64,000 bases of DNA from Octopus bimaculoides (Eukaryota). The notes below the pieces were generated by a model. The model did no database searches and had not been told where the DNA came from. It worked only from the letters and a program-made list of their open reading frames with translations. The DNA lies in assembly GCF_001194135.2 (NCBI RefSeq), contig NC_068983.1, positions 128,504,600 to 128,568,599 of the forward strand. Direction: 5' to 3'. The position numbers and the translations under genes were made by a program. Below are positions 24,132 to 37,696 of the stretch, piece after piece (positions within the stretch are counted from its first letter, which is position 1; each line of letters begins with the position of its first letter).

Positions 24132-27100
24132 NNNNNNNNNNNNNNNNNNNNNNNNNNNNNNNNNNNNNNNNNNNNNNNNNNNNNNNNNNNNNNNNNNNNN
24201 NNNNNNNNNNNNNNNNNNNNNNNNNNNNNNNNNNNNNNNNNNNNNNNNNNNNNNNNNNNNNNNNNNNNNNNNNNNNNNNNNNNNNNNNNNNNNNNNNNNN
24301 NNNNNNNNNNNNNNNNNNNNNNNNNNNNNNNNNNNNNNNNNNNNNNNNNNNNNNNNNNNNNNNNNNNNNNNNNNNNNNNNNNNNNNNNNNNNNNNNNNNN
24401 NNNNNNNNNNNNNNNNNNNNNNNNNNNNNNNNNNNNNNNNNNNNNNNNNNNNNNNNNNNNNNNNNNNNNNNNNNNNNNNNNNNNNNNNNNNNNNNNNNNN
24501 NNATATATATATACATCTCTATCTCTCTTATATATATGTATGTATGTATAATTACACACATACATTCATGATTAATGCATACATATGCAAATTCGATAGC
24601 CCCTGTTGTACTGCCTTTGACTATATACTTGCTCGGCCAGGAATAGTGGAATACCTGGGTAAATGCAACCTCAACAACACAAACCAACAGGAACAGCAAA
24701 ATTATTGCTATATGTTGGAGAGGAAAATTAACTGTCTTGTGCAAGAGCATTATACAGTTGAAGTATTTTCCCTCATATGAAAGGAAGTGAGCGAAATATA
24801 TTCTACACAACCGGTAATCAAGATACAATATCATTCATTGGCAACTTAGGCTGTGGTCGACATGATAATCGTAGTGTCGTATATTAGCAATATATCTATA
24901 GAAACTACCATAGTTTCTGTGTTGAGTCCAACCATATATTGAACTGACTCATAGTATACTTAGATGTTTTGTGTTGTTGAGTTATAATTGTTTTGGCAAA
25001 CTCTGCGAAACTCTCATGTAAAAGCAGTATAACTGAAAAGTCAAAACATGTGCTTTGCAGCCACGGGTTATGCATTTCAATCGCACCTAGTACCATCTTG
25101 GGCAACTGTTTTTTCTATAACCTCCTCGACCTTTACGATGTGTAGAAACCCATCTCATTGATTGATCTTTTAATTCAAACGTCCAGACGTGACAAATTTC
25201 ATTACGTTGATTCCATCGGGCAATTACATCGATGTTAGACACGTATATGGAATACTCAACCATTTACATGCTAAATGAATTATTATAGCCTGCCAGTTGT
25301 CCGGACAGCTGAAAATACATGATCAAGATGCATTGATATCTCATAACTGAGTATGTTTGCTGGGATGTAAAGGCACCATTAATAAATTGTGTTCGGGCGT
25401 CTGTTTTAAAATATACACAAGAATATTCTGTAAACTCTTATGATCTTAGTTTAAAGAATGATATGCATACAAATATACATTGACCAATGTATACTTAAAC
25501 CAAAGCAACTGGCCTATGCAAATGAAAAGTTCTCTAAAGCTGCCTTCATCGCATACGATGCTTTGAAACACCGACTTTGCTTTTTCGTAGGACAAGAACA
25601 ACGAAATAAATAAATAAATAAATAAAATGCATAAAAATGTATCCAAACTATAGAAGTAAAATTCCCTAGGAACATTACGTGAGAGTCACATATGCTTCAT
25701 GCTGGATAAAAGTATGCAGAACAGTAAAAATAATGACCAAAACAAAAATAAATCAGAAACTATGTTGAAATGGAACAACAGGTATGTTAACTTCTTTCTT
25801 CTTTCTATCCCCCATTCTCTCTTTTTATATATATAAATACATCTTTACATGCATACATACAACCACATGTACGCACACAAACACATAAAATGCATACATA
25901 TATTGTCATACTAAAAGCACAGTATCTTTGAATTTGTAATTTTCCCCTGACTAACGCAAACGGTAAGATTCCTTCATATTTTACAAAATTGCCAGACATA
26001 TTTTTGCAGCTGAGGTCATGTGTATAAGAAAAGTCACTGAATAGTCTTTGTTTTAGCTACGTCTCTTTTAGTAATTCTTTCATTTTGTTCAATGTATTTT
26101 CATTCTATATTGTTTGAGCTTAAAATTTATTTATTTCAATGTTAAATATTTTTTCTAATTTTGGTTTTAAAATATTTCTTTCATTTTTCACGCTTTTTTC
26201 CATTTAAGGTCTGTCAATTGTTAATAATTCAAATATAGTTTTATAAAATTTTGATATGTTCAAACAGTATAAGTTCTTGAAAACATTTACTTTACGATGG
26301 TGTACTTATTTTGAAACTCCGCTTTCAAATTGTGGTGAATTAGAATGGGAGCTGAGATAGTGCTCAAGACTACTCGCTAGTAGCAGAATCTGGCAACGTG
26401 GTGTTAAACATAAGAAGTTTCGAATCTCTAAATTTATGTAGACTGTTCAGAGTAATACAGAAATATATAACATGAATGACGTGCCACCTTAGCAAATCGA
26501 TATTGCAGTGGGCATTTTTATTACATTTAGCCACTACGGCACTTTTATATTCTAGCATCGCTTTTAACGAATACCAAATATCTTGTGTACAATTTTATAA
26601 ATAATCTTTTTTGTGGCGAACAAAATATCTGACATATGAAACATTATGAATTAAATATTTTATTTAAACAACTTGCAGAAACCAAATTTAAGAACCAATG
26701 GCCGTAATACAATTAGCTCTAAGAGAATAGCATTGTGAGCGTTTTCTTTAATATTTTAATATTCTTATTACATCGCTGATTCATAGTTTGAATCTGATCC
26801 TTGAACTGTAAGCTCCAATAAATGAATCCTGCGCGTGATTCGCTTTTATTCATCAACTCCAATCAAGCCCTATTTTCGTTCAGTGAAGAATATTGCTTCT
26901 GTTTTTTTTTTAAAGAAAGGTTAAGACCCAGTAGAATTGGCAATTAATTCACAAAACGACATAAGAGGATATAAAAAAAAAAGCAAACTCCAGGAGTATC
27001 GATGTGATAAAATTTCTAAATATTGAAAGCTATGAAGTCATTCTTTAATGTCAAGTTTATATACTTAGATGAATCTATAGATGAAAGAAGCCAACCAAGC

Positions 27101-27537
27101 ATCAATGAAGCTAATGATACAGCATAAATAGGGTGGGGAAGCTCTTTCTGGCAATCATCCACCACTGTTGACATTTTTCTTGTTCATGAGGATCATATTG
27201 TTGAACATGAATGTACTTCGGTACAAAAACAAACGGAGCCGCGATATGATAACAAGTAAAAAAAAAATAAATAAATAAATCACTTCAGTTATTTCAAAAA
27301 AGTACAGTAACCTCACAAACTACCATATAACAGTTGAAAATGGTTTCATAAAGTATTGTTTAATGCAAGAAATCGATATTTTAAATTTAAAAAGAGAAAT
27401 GAACCACATATGATGTATATAGCAAATATAGTAGGGTTTACAAGGAACCAAAGAGATGTTTCTCAAATAAAAATAAATAAATACGATAGCCAAACTACCA
27501 TAAATAAATAAGATGGCCAAAAATAACATGAAATTCT

Positions 27538-27581
27538 ACATTATTTACATTATTTTCATTTGACGGATATTTTTCCTCATC
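27538..27581 (-). repeat. Tail fragment of the hammerhead-bearing repeat
   Basis: acattatttacattattttcatttgacggatatttttcctcatc matches the left ends at 19991, 41961 and 55697. Confidence 0.7.
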
Positions 27582-27649
27582 AACAAAATAAAAAATGTCT
27601 TGAGGGAACATTAGATTTCAGTTGGAGTTAACCGTGGTCAATTTTTTCA

Positions 27650-28870
27650 AAAAATTATCGAAAACACAGGGGTTAGAGAAAACTCTACCAGCAACCACGA
27701 GGAACATTATCTTGTACGAAAGCTATGCATCCATGTGTAGTTCTAAACTCAACCTTGTTGGGGAAATGCAGTCAAAACTATTCTTGAAATTGTTGAATAT
27801 TTTGTCTTTTAGGAGGAGCTGTAAGATTTGTTTATGAGACTACCACTAAGATGGGGTATTTTAAACATACAATGCAATGTAGAATTTTCACTGAATGCCT
27901 TAAGTTGCAACTAGAGTATCTGCATCTTATGTATATTAGAACAATTCAAAATGGATATTATTGTATTTAACAATCTCTGAAACATATTTTCGAAAACTCA
28001 GAGAAGAAACATGAGAGTAAAGAAATTTAAAATGTTACGCATCAAAGTGGTAAAGCAAGAATATGTTCTTCAATATTTGGAAGGAAGAGTTGGCGCAATT
28101 TAAGGAAACACGTAATACGTTTCAAAGCTGGGGTTTTGATATATCTGAAGGTCATTTTCTGCTACCGACTTTATTGTCTTTTCCTCAATATCTCCGAAAA
28201 AATTCAAGGTACACTGAATCAATAGCAAAATATTTATGTGAAGAGATTCACTGAAGTTATTCTGATGCGTTGCTTCCAATCTGTCACAAGTAGTAGTATG
28301 TGTTTGAGAGGAACTGAACACTTTAGAACAGACGCCTTAAAGCAGCTGATCGATAATCCAATTACATAAGATGATTAACCCTTATCAGTGGATTGTAGAA
28401 AGATTCAATTGCTCTCAGAAGTAGTGAATAATTCTGAAATTGATGCGGTCAGTATTTAATGTATAGTATCTTATAAATTTAATATTGACCACGAATAAAT
28501 AAGTGAACGCTATAAGATAAGAGTATACTTGCATATCGGGAAGTCCAGAGCACATAAACATGACCTTCAAAATGCAATACACAGAAATTATGATTTGCGA
28601 AGAAAAAGTAAGTGAGATGTTTCCTAACGTTACTAGCATTCATAAGCTCAATTTGAGAATAATTTGTCATGAGCTGTGAAGTAAAAGGGGATTCCTCAAA
28701 ACGATGCTTTATAAAGAATAAATTTCGGTCCGAAATGAGTGAAGAACACTTAAATCGTTTATCTATATCATATCTAGAAAATAATGTTGCACGGAGGCTA
28801 GCATATGACCAAGTTTTTTCTGTGAATAAGGTGTTATGAAACGAAAGTATGCTTTGTATAATGCAATTCA
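27650..28870 (+). mobile_element. Fossil hAT-superfamily DNA transposase (catalytic region and C-terminal dimerisation domain)
   Basis: Across frameshifts: SMCSSKLNLVG (cf. C.AH.LNLV), LRWGILNIQCNVEFSLNALSCN*S (cf. RW..L....LK.LS.TRWS), EMFPNVT...VMSCEVKGDSSKRCFIKNKFRSEMSEEHLNRLSISYLENNVARRLAYDQV (cf. FPN...SCEAERSFSKL..IKN..RSTM.EERLN.LSILSIE). Confidence 0.75.
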
Positions 28871-29794
28871 TATAATATGTTTTCATGTATCTGCTTAAAA
28901 TGAAACGTATTAACTCCGACCTAGTATGGAACATCCATGCATATAAATACTATAAATACCAACTTGAAAACCATGTTAAATGAACTTCTTATTCTCATCA
29001 GTATTTTTAACATGTGAGGTTACTCTGTACAGCAATGAATTAAAAAATGGGTCCTTCTGATTAAGTTTATTTTAAAATTGTAGCGATATGTCATGGAACA
29101 AAACTCACTGAAGAAGTGGTTCCCCTCAGCTCATTGCTGGCAGGGAAGAGTTCAGTGTAAGGCCCATTAGAAAGGACTTCACTTCAGTACGTGTTTAACT
29201 GCCTTTCGGACCTCAAGATACTTTTTCCGGATGACAAAGCATTGCAGAAATTCTTTTATAGAGTGAGATGGTTGATTCTGCAAAGGGACCTAATAACGAG
29301 TCAAGATTTATAGCTGCCAAAACTGTAGGTCGGCCGCTGCATACATAGTCATATATACGTAAGTACATACATACATATTTATGCCTCAGGCGCATGCATA
29401 GTTGTGTGGTTAAGATGATTCATTCTGAACNNNNNNNNNNNNNNNNNNNNNNNNNNNNNNNNNNNNNNNNNNNNNNNNNNNNNNNNNNNNNNNNNNNNNN
29501 NNNNNNNNNNNNNNNNNNNNNNNNNNNNNNNNNNNNNNNNNNNNNNNNNNNNNNNNNNNNNNNNNNNNNNNNNNNNNNNNNNNNNNNNNNNNNNNNNNNN
29601 NNNNNNNNNNNNNNNNNNNNNNNNNNNNNNNNNNNNNNNNNNNNNNNNNNNNNNNNNNNNNNNNNNNNNNNNNNNNNNNNNNNNNNNNNNNNNNNNNNNN
29701 NNNNNNNNNNNNNNNNNNNNNNNNNNNNNNNNNNNNNNNNNNNNNNNNNNNNNNNNNNNNNNNNNNNNNNNNNNNNNNNNNNNNNNNNNNNNNN

Positions 29795-29834
<40 letters not shown>

Positions 29835-30030
29835 TATATAAACTCGTATACATATACGTGTATGTATTAGTGTTTTTGTGTCTCTTTGTCTTGATATTTA
29901 GTGTTAGTTGTAAATGTATATCTTTAGCGTAAACAAGTGTTGTTCATTTCCAAAGTTCTGTAAGAGTGTGCCTGGTTTGAAACAGAAGAATGTTGATTTG
30001 AAGACTGGTATCCGTTTGTAGAATACGTAC

Positions 30031-30052
30031 CTCAATAGAGTATGTCCGACTC
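30031..30052 (-). CDS. Candidate 22-nt micro-exon
   Basis: Minus strand ctttccccacttgcag|GAGTCGGACATACTCTATTGAG|gtacgt; strong acceptor and donor, two frames open. Confidence 0.2.
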
Positions 30053-31371
30053 CTGCAAGTGGGGAAAGCGTACATTAAAACGATGGTATACACCCCCACA
30101 CATACACACAGTATGCGTGCACACACATATACACACATGCACCTCTATATACATTCTCAGAAATCATGAAGTCTCCCGTTCGACTACATTGATATATATA
30201 TTTAATACATTATTCAAACAAATTGCATTCCGGTGTGTCTCGGTTTATAAAGATGCATATACTGCGGCAAAAGCACTTTCAATTCAATAGTGTAGAACGT
30301 CTTTAGGTACATGTGTTAGGTTTAAATCAATTTAATTTTTAGTATTGGTCATTATTCTTAGTTCAAATTATGATAAAGGTTGCTTCACTACTTACAGCTT
30401 TACAAGTAAATTTTTCAGAGTTCTGACATTGATTTTACTTTGAACAGATATAAAACTTTTGGCCGAGAGGTAGAATCTATATTTCCTGTTCAGATTTGTA
30501 CATTAACCAATCGGCTATTACAACGCTTTTATCGTTTTCCATAAGAAAACATGTGTGTTATTTCTGCAACGAAGTAAGCAGATAAGAGTATTATACATCA
30601 TTTACCAAAATAAACTTCATTCTCTGCTTCTGCATCCCATGGATGCAGCTTTGAGAACATCTTTAAATTGCAAGAAAATACATAAATCAACACATTAATG
30701 TGGCTAATCTACAGTATCCCAGCAGATTCCTACAGGTTGCTTGACAACTTACTGTTTGAAGATTCTTTATTTGGTCAGCAATAGAAATCCATAAATGTGT
30801 TATATAAACTCTATGGGGGCAGGAAGGAATGATGGTTCAAAGCGGATAACATCACGTGCATAAGAAAACAACGCGAATTACATTAGAGAAGGTAGATATA
30901 GTTTAAAGGAATGGTTACTATATCTTGTCGCTTTATACACTGTGTTCAAAGCCCATATGTGTCGTTTATTTTCCTTTCACACATACAGGGTCACTTAAAT
31001 TAAAACAAATCAAATATCTGAATAGGTACTCGACGCTGAACTTTTCCACCAAGTGTTTCGATGTAATCATTTATTAGTAATAATTATTGAAATGATAATA
31101 ATAGGGCACTGGTTTCACAGGATTAAGTGTATCGGCTACATAACCTTAGATTGTAATAGTTCCCTAGATGTCTTAAACAGGAATATATAATATACAATAC
31201 AAGCATACATGCACACATATACGTACACACACACATAGGCATATATATATATATCTACACACGCAAAGTNNNNNNNNNNNNNNNNNNNNNNNNNNNNNNN
31301 NNNNNNNNNNNNNNNNNNNNNNNNNNNNNNNNNNNNNNNNNNNNNNNNNNNNNNNNNNNNNNNNNNNNNNN

Positions 31372-31404
<33 letters not shown>

Positions 31405-31804
31405 TGTCTGTGTGTGTATGTGTATACACACACGTGTATATATATATATATTTATATGTATATAATGAAAATAAATTCACTCATGTAATCACATCATACA
31501 AACATTTATACACTTATATAGATAAACATACGCACAAATACATATAAATGTATATATATACATATGTATACATGTATACAAACATATGTATATATTCATG
31601 TACATATATGTATGTTTACATGTATATATACGTGTATATACACATGTATGTATACATGTATATATGCATGAGTATATATGTATTTTTATATATGTATGCG
31701 TATATACTTATGTATATATACATATGTATGCATGTGCATATGTTCGTACATACGTACGTACGTGCATACATACATGCTTACATACATACCTGCATATACA
31801 TATA

Positions 31805-32030
31805 TATTTTATTAAATCTTTTATCTTCTACTTGGTAGTCTTGCTGGGACACCTTGAAGATTTTAATCGAACGAATCAACTTAGAACTTAATTACTTGTT
31901 ACAGCCTGGTACTCATTCTATTGGTCCCTTTTACCGAACCTCTTTACGTGGACGTAAACACACTAACAGTTGTTTAGCACTTGTGGTGGACAAAACCAAG
32001 CACAAAGACATACATATAATATAATATATT
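31805..32030 (-). mobile_element. SINE family 1 body fragment
   Basis: aatcgaacgaatcaac...agcctggtactcattctattggtccc...cgaacc...gtaaacacactaac matches 12540-12680. Confidence 0.65.
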
Positions 32031-32083
32031 ATATACAAACTATGCTATTTTATGATGCCGAGCAACAATGCCGGGTATATCCG

Positions 32084-32139
<56 letters not shown>

Positions 32140-32321
32140 NNNNNNNNNNNNNNNNNNNNNNNNNNNNNNNNNNNNNNNNNNNNNNNNNNNNNNNNNNNNN
32201 NNNNNNNNNNNNNNNNNNNNNNNNNNNNNNNNNNNNNNNNNNNNNNNNNNNNNNNNNNNNNNNNNNNNNNNNNNNNNNNNNNNNNNNNNNNNNNNNNNNN
32301 NNNNNNNNNNNNNNNNNNNNN

Positions 32322-32355
<34 letters not shown>

Positions 32356-32359
<4 letters not shown>

Positions 32360-33285
32360 CTTTCGGTTCCTCCACTACCACTTTCAGGGCCTTTTTTTCC
32401 ATATTATACTCCCTGTATTTTTGTTCGTTTTAAGCTCCTAATTTTCTTTTGTTACTCGCATTATATTTCTTTTTCTTGGCATCTACACCCACATTTTCTG
32501 CTACAACAATACTTGCTGCTCTGATCAAATTATTTGTTTCTGTGATGTTTTTGGTTCTGGTGTATTTCAGAATTTCCTTCACATTTTTCATTACTTGATA
32601 CTGCTTCCAACGACCAACCATTTTAAGGTTGCAAACAATGTTGCTATCTTTCTCCTATAGCCTTACCTTTAATTGGTCGTAGATTGCCCTTTGCCCATCT
32701 GTCATGTCACCATTAGTCTTATTGTCTTCTTCGAAACCATCTATATGTCTCTCATCGAGTAAGCTATCGCTGTTCCTTTCCTTTGTTTTATTTGTGATTT
32801 CACCTCTGCTTTCTTCTATGAGATCACTTTTATCAGTAAGAACTGTATTTTCATCGTTTCCTCTGCTGCTGTTTTCCAATACCGGTCGTTTGATAGCTTC
32901 GAGCTCTACTTCTGTGAACAAACAATTTTTTCTTATTACTCTAGGTTGATCACATAATCTCTGAGTTGACACGATTCTCTTTTTCTCCATTGATCATACA
33001 TACGTTGTTGGTATCCCATAAGATGAACACTATCTTCGCCTACAGGTTTGCTCAGGCAGAAACATTCCATGACCACAACATTGATTTGTTTGTTTCGTCT
33101 ACGCTGTGTTTTCTGGCCGCTGGCTGGATACCGACACACTGGCGGCGGACCAATGTCTCTGAGCCTGTCGGGTGCAACACTGTCATCTTCAAAGGCTTCA
33201 GTTTCATTACCACCGTTTTTCGCAATATTCATTGTCACTCATATGAGTTAGTGATTATCAGGTAGTGCAATTACCAGTGTTTTTA
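32356..33285 (-). mobile_element. 5' part (N-terminal ORF region) of an R4/Dong-clade LINE
   Basis: ORFs 32936..33238, 32655..32990 and 32430..32621: RRRNKQINVVVMECFCLSKP...[52 protein letters not shown]; colinear with the plus copy 53712-55020. Confidence 0.85.
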
Positions 33286-33296
33286 TCATGAAACCA

Positions 33297-33470
<174 letters not shown>

Positions 33471-33519
33471 TTTTTTATCATGGTCTTCTTTCAACTATGT
33501 TTCCATTTCCTGCAGTGTG

Positions 33520-34440
33520 TCTTCCAGTAACTTAGGGCAGAAACGCTTATTGTATACTCTAAAATAAGTCATTAAAATAAACACATTAGATTCTTCATTT
33601 ACAAAATGAGGTGATTCAAAAAGGGTGGGGGGAGAATGACAGAGAGAAAAAAACGAAAAAATAAAAGGAATTCCTCTTCTCAATAATGCTCTTCTCAGTA
33701 CGTGTGGCGTGGAAGTTAAAGCAATCTTTTGCATTTCCTGCATAGATAGCAAGCCAAGGATCATGCTAAAATAATTTCAGTTCCTTTTTTGATCATTCTT
33801 CGTACATTCAATGGTAATGTAACTGTCTTGAGATGCCACATCTTTTCGATTTCGATTAGTACTCCATTAGGGTGGTATAATTTGAGATTCGTATTTCACA
33901 CTGACATGTTCTGCTTCAGAAAATTTGAAAACATGGGCGAAAGTTTGAAGATGTCCAGCGATTTCAACATCCATGAATGGGGTATGCTGCCAAAAACATT
34001 TTTATAATCAATCCATACGGAACTGAGATTTCTGCGCGTGTTATGACAGTTCTCATGTAGCATGCGATTGATTAAGAGTTGGTATTTGCATGCATATGCA
34101 CCTTCGTCGACACACTATTTGTTCAATGAGGAAAATACCATTCTGCTCCATAAATTTGAATCTTTTCTCTACGAGGATGGATCTTAAAATATTGTCCGTG
34201 GTAGACGGACATGTTTTGGAGAAATTTGGTTTCATAATTCTTCGAGATTAGATAAGTAATGCCGCTTGCTAATCAGTCAGGTGTTTTTATAGGATCTCTT
34301 AGCAGCTGCGTAAATGATTTCGTTTAACTCAGTGAGATCTAGCTTTAGTTCTTTCATGATTTATTTTGTTACATAGTTGACAATTTGAATTCATTTTCTA
34401 TTTTCGATTGTATTTAATTAAGAGTTAATAAGTTGGTTCT
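33520..34440 (-). mobile_element. R4/Dong-like LINE RT fragment
   Basis: Minus strand LDLTELNEIIYAAAK, CPSTTDNILRSIL, NLSSVWIDYKNVFGSIPHSWMLKSLDIFKLSP (RT motif WIDYKKAFDSIPHSW). Confidence 0.7.
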
Positions 34441-34463
34441 ATATCATGCATATTGGTATATTG

Positions 34464-34528
34464 AGGATTTCAAGTTTATTCAGGATTTTCAAGTTTATTC
34501 AGGATTTTCAAGCTTATTCAGGATTTTT
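34464..34528. repeat. 19-bp tandem repeat (aggattttcaagtttattc x ~3.5)
   Basis: Units start at 34464, 34482, 34501 and 34520. Confidence 0.9.
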
Positions 34529-35718
34529 GCTGATTATCTATGACTACCTTCCATCTATTTACAAACTTTTTAGTCCCATCAATGTAAAACTCCTTTGGTT
34601 TCAAAGGGAAGAACTCTGAAACGTCAGTTTCCACCTCCTCCTGGCTTGCGAAAGTTATGTCACCCATATCCTTTTGTAAACTACGAAACAAATGGTAGTC
34701 TGAAGGTGCAACGTTGGGAGAATCAGGTGTATGAGGAATTTTTTCCCAACCAGGCTCTTCGATCTTCTGTGGTGTGATTTTGCAGTGTGGGGTGACGCAT
34801 TGGCCTGATGAAAAATCACTCCTTTTCGATTCACTAAAGCGGGTCATTTTTCTTCTTGGTTCAAACGCTCTAATTGCTGACAGAAGATTTCAGCATTGAT
34901 TGTTGCATTAGGTGGTAACGATTCAAAGTGAATTGCTCCTTTGCAATCCCATCAGATACAGAAGAATCTTTTCCCTATGAAGTTCCATTCTCGGTTGTGG
35001 TTGATGTTTTTTCCCTTTTACCAAGCCACTGTTTACAACGTTTGACATTTCTACAGAGGATACATTTTTCGTTAGCAGTCACAAGTCTATCTAAAAAAGG
35101 CGAAATGAGTTCGCGAGAATAGAGAGAAGAGCAGGTGTCAACTCGGAATTTGCGGTTGCTTTCGGATAATCCATGAGGCACCCATTTTCTAAGTTTAGGA
35201 AGCTTTCCAAGTTGATGAAGATGGCGATGAACAGTTGTATGGTTTGAACCAAGCTTTATTGCCAATTCTTTAACTGATGATGCAGGATTTTTTTCAAGTA
35301 ATGGCTCAAGGAGCTTATCATCAAACTCAACTGGACGTCCTGTTCGATCGTCACCTTCAAGGCTGAACTCTCCACTTCTGAATTTTGCAAACAATCTTCT
35401 GCAAGTTCTTTCATTCAAGCATTCTTTCCCTTAAACTGAGTGTATGTGTCGAGTTGCTTCAGCTGCAGAGTTTCCTTTTTTGTACTCATAAAGTATTATG
35501 TGCCTTAAATGCTTTTTGGATACTTTCATGTTATAAAGGGTTTTAATGAAAGATATTTTAATTCAATCATTTAGTAAAATAATATCTAAGTAGTTTAAAT
35601 GTACACACATACATAAAAATAAGTTTTAATTCCATTAGACATTGTAAAATACTATTAAATTTCATTCAATTTTTAAAAAAAAGGTAAAATCGGACAGAAT
35701 TTATGGGATGACCTGATA
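34520..35718 (-). mobile_element. Mariner (Tc1/mariner) element with pseudogenised transposase; 5' TIR present, 3' end lost
   Basis: 5' end TA-tcaggtcatcccataaattctgtccgatttt at 35718; ATG at 35529: MKVSKKHLRHIILYEYKKGNSAAEATRHIHSV*...GRP...LRKWVPHGLSE (WVPHEL), LVTANEK (GDEK mutated), PDSPNVAPSDYHLFRSL (YSPDLAPSDY), FYIDGTKKFVNRWKVVIDN. Confidence 0.92.
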
Positions 35719-35870
35719 TTTTCATCCTCATACTCCACATCTTGAATATTTCAATTCCATGCTTCTTATATTTGAACAGTCTCTCCATACACTTCTGGGG
35801 AATGTTTTCTTCAGTAGGGATTGCGATGTCTATCGGTGTACAAAATTTCATTATTGTTATCAGTCATTTA
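35719..35870 (-). mobile_element. R4/Dong REL fragment interrupted by the mariner
   Basis: IDIAIPTEENIPQKCMERLFKYKKHGIEIFKMWSMRMKI, equivalent to ID..IP.D.N.SLKE.EKLSKYKDLEIE..RMW; reading runs into the mariner TIR at a TA. Confidence 0.7.
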
Positions 35871-35909
35871 CATCCTTTTTTTATATATTCAGTAAATATT
35901 TGTACGTAT

Positions 35910-36048
35910 GAAGTCTTTATCCCCCTTTTGCTTTTCTCTATATTTCTGCATTTGTCTTCGTATCTATTCGGAGTATGCCTATAGCTATGCGCCTCTGTAA
36001 GAACTATGTAGGTATGAAATACACCTTCGAAGCAGATAAAAAATAGTG

Positions 36049-36126
<78 letters not shown>

Positions 36127-36445
36127 ACAGCAGCAGCAGCAGCATTTCTTGGTATGTTCATGGACTTTACATTTTATTGCAGAGTATAGCACAAATAAGA
36201 AAAAAAACGCATGACGCAGATATATCTAATGATTATATGCGAATATATATATATATANNNNNNNNNNNNNNNNNNNNNNNNNNNNNNNNNNNNNNNNNNN
36301 NNNNNNNNNNNNNNNNNNNNNNNNNNNNNNNNNNNNNNNNNNNNNNNNNNNNNNNNNNNNNNNNNNNNNNNNATATATATATGTATAGCATAGCGAAAAC
36401 CGGACCAACAGCTTCGTCTATATTGGCATGTGACATGATCGATAT
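35910..36445. repeat. Unclassified repeat containing (GTA)n; second copy at 39790-40145
   Basis: Shared blocks tttctgcatttgtcttc, cttggtat.ttca.gga..ttacattttattgc.gagtatagc, catgacgc.gatatatct, aaaccggaccaacag.ttc.tctatat. Confidence 0.75.
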
Positions 36446-36479
36446 AACATGCATTCTTGCATGAATATCGGGCTTACAA

Positions 36480-37110
36480 CCTACAGCCTACAGTTCCATG
36501 CTATATGTTCGTCTCAAATAGTCAATACTTTCCTTATGCTCCTAACTGTGCTTATGAGGAAAACCTTTTATGACATTTTTACTTGGCACTTTATTATTTA
36601 TATTCCTCTTAATGGCTAGAGGTAGTGGTGTCTAGGACCCAACCAACTCCGCTTTCTTCATTTTCCACAGTCGAGCTACGTGGTATATTTTTTCGCCTTC
36701 CTTTTTGACTATTCATGGATTAAAGGGTCACTCATCATAAATTATAGAGCACCCATGGTTCACCTTGTCCACCACCAATAGGTCTGGCTTGTTGTGCTCA
36801 AGTACAGGATGTGTTTGGATTGGTAAATCTCACAGGATTGTGCAGGTTTCTCTCTATAGTATTTGCTTATACGAGGTCTGGCATTATTCAAGTCTCCACT
36901 CTTGGCATTATTATCAATGTAGCATTTTCGCTATTTCATCGAGTCACCACAAGTTGTATTGCTTTTCGGTAAATCGAGAGCACTTGTTTATAATATAGAC
37001 AATGATTTCCTCAACTCTATTACAGATTAGGGACAGGGGAGACAATCACTCATTCAAGGTTTACATTCCAATTGGTGGCCTATGCTTTGTCTTGCGCAGC
37101 CAGTATAGCA
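36480..37110 (-). mobile_element. R4/Dong-like LINE 3' remnant (CCHC/REL)
   Basis: Minus strand ILAAQDKA..., ILWDLPIQTHPVLEHNKPDLLVVDKVNHGCSII (cf. ILWDMPIHTDREIKANRPDIVVKD). Confidence 0.7.
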
Positions 37111-37164
37111 CGCTAATTCACTTTTCTCAGTGTTCCCATCTTATTATTATGATGATCATCATCA

Positions 37165-37250
<86 letters not shown>

Positions 37251-37610
37251 AACAATAACATCGAAAAATACNNNNNNNNNNNNNNNNNNNNNNNNNNNNN
37301 NNNNNNNNNNNNNNNNNNNNNNNNNNNNNNNNNNNNNNNNNNNNNNNNNNNNNNNNNNNNNNNNNNNNNNNNNNNNNNNNNNNNNNNNNNNNNNNNNNNN
37401 NNNNNNNNNNNNNNNNNNNNNNNNNNNNNNNNNNNNNNNNNNNNNNNNNNNNNNNNNNNNNNNNNNNNNNNNNNNNNNNNNNNNNNNNNNNNNNNNNNNN
37501 NNNNNNNNNNNNNNNNNNNNNNNNNNNNNNNNNNNNNNNNNNNNNNNNNNNNNNNNNNNNNNNNNNNNNNNNNNNNNNNNNNNNNNNNNNNNNNNNNNTA
37601 TACCTAATTA

Positions 37611-37689
<79 letters not shown>

Positions 37690-37696
<7 letters not shown>

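Noticed and set aside
21313-24834. Long ORFs containing X runs (also at 29394, 31136, 31970, 36177, 37002, 47805, 52442)
   Set aside because: They are open only because they cross N gaps and dinucleotide repeats.
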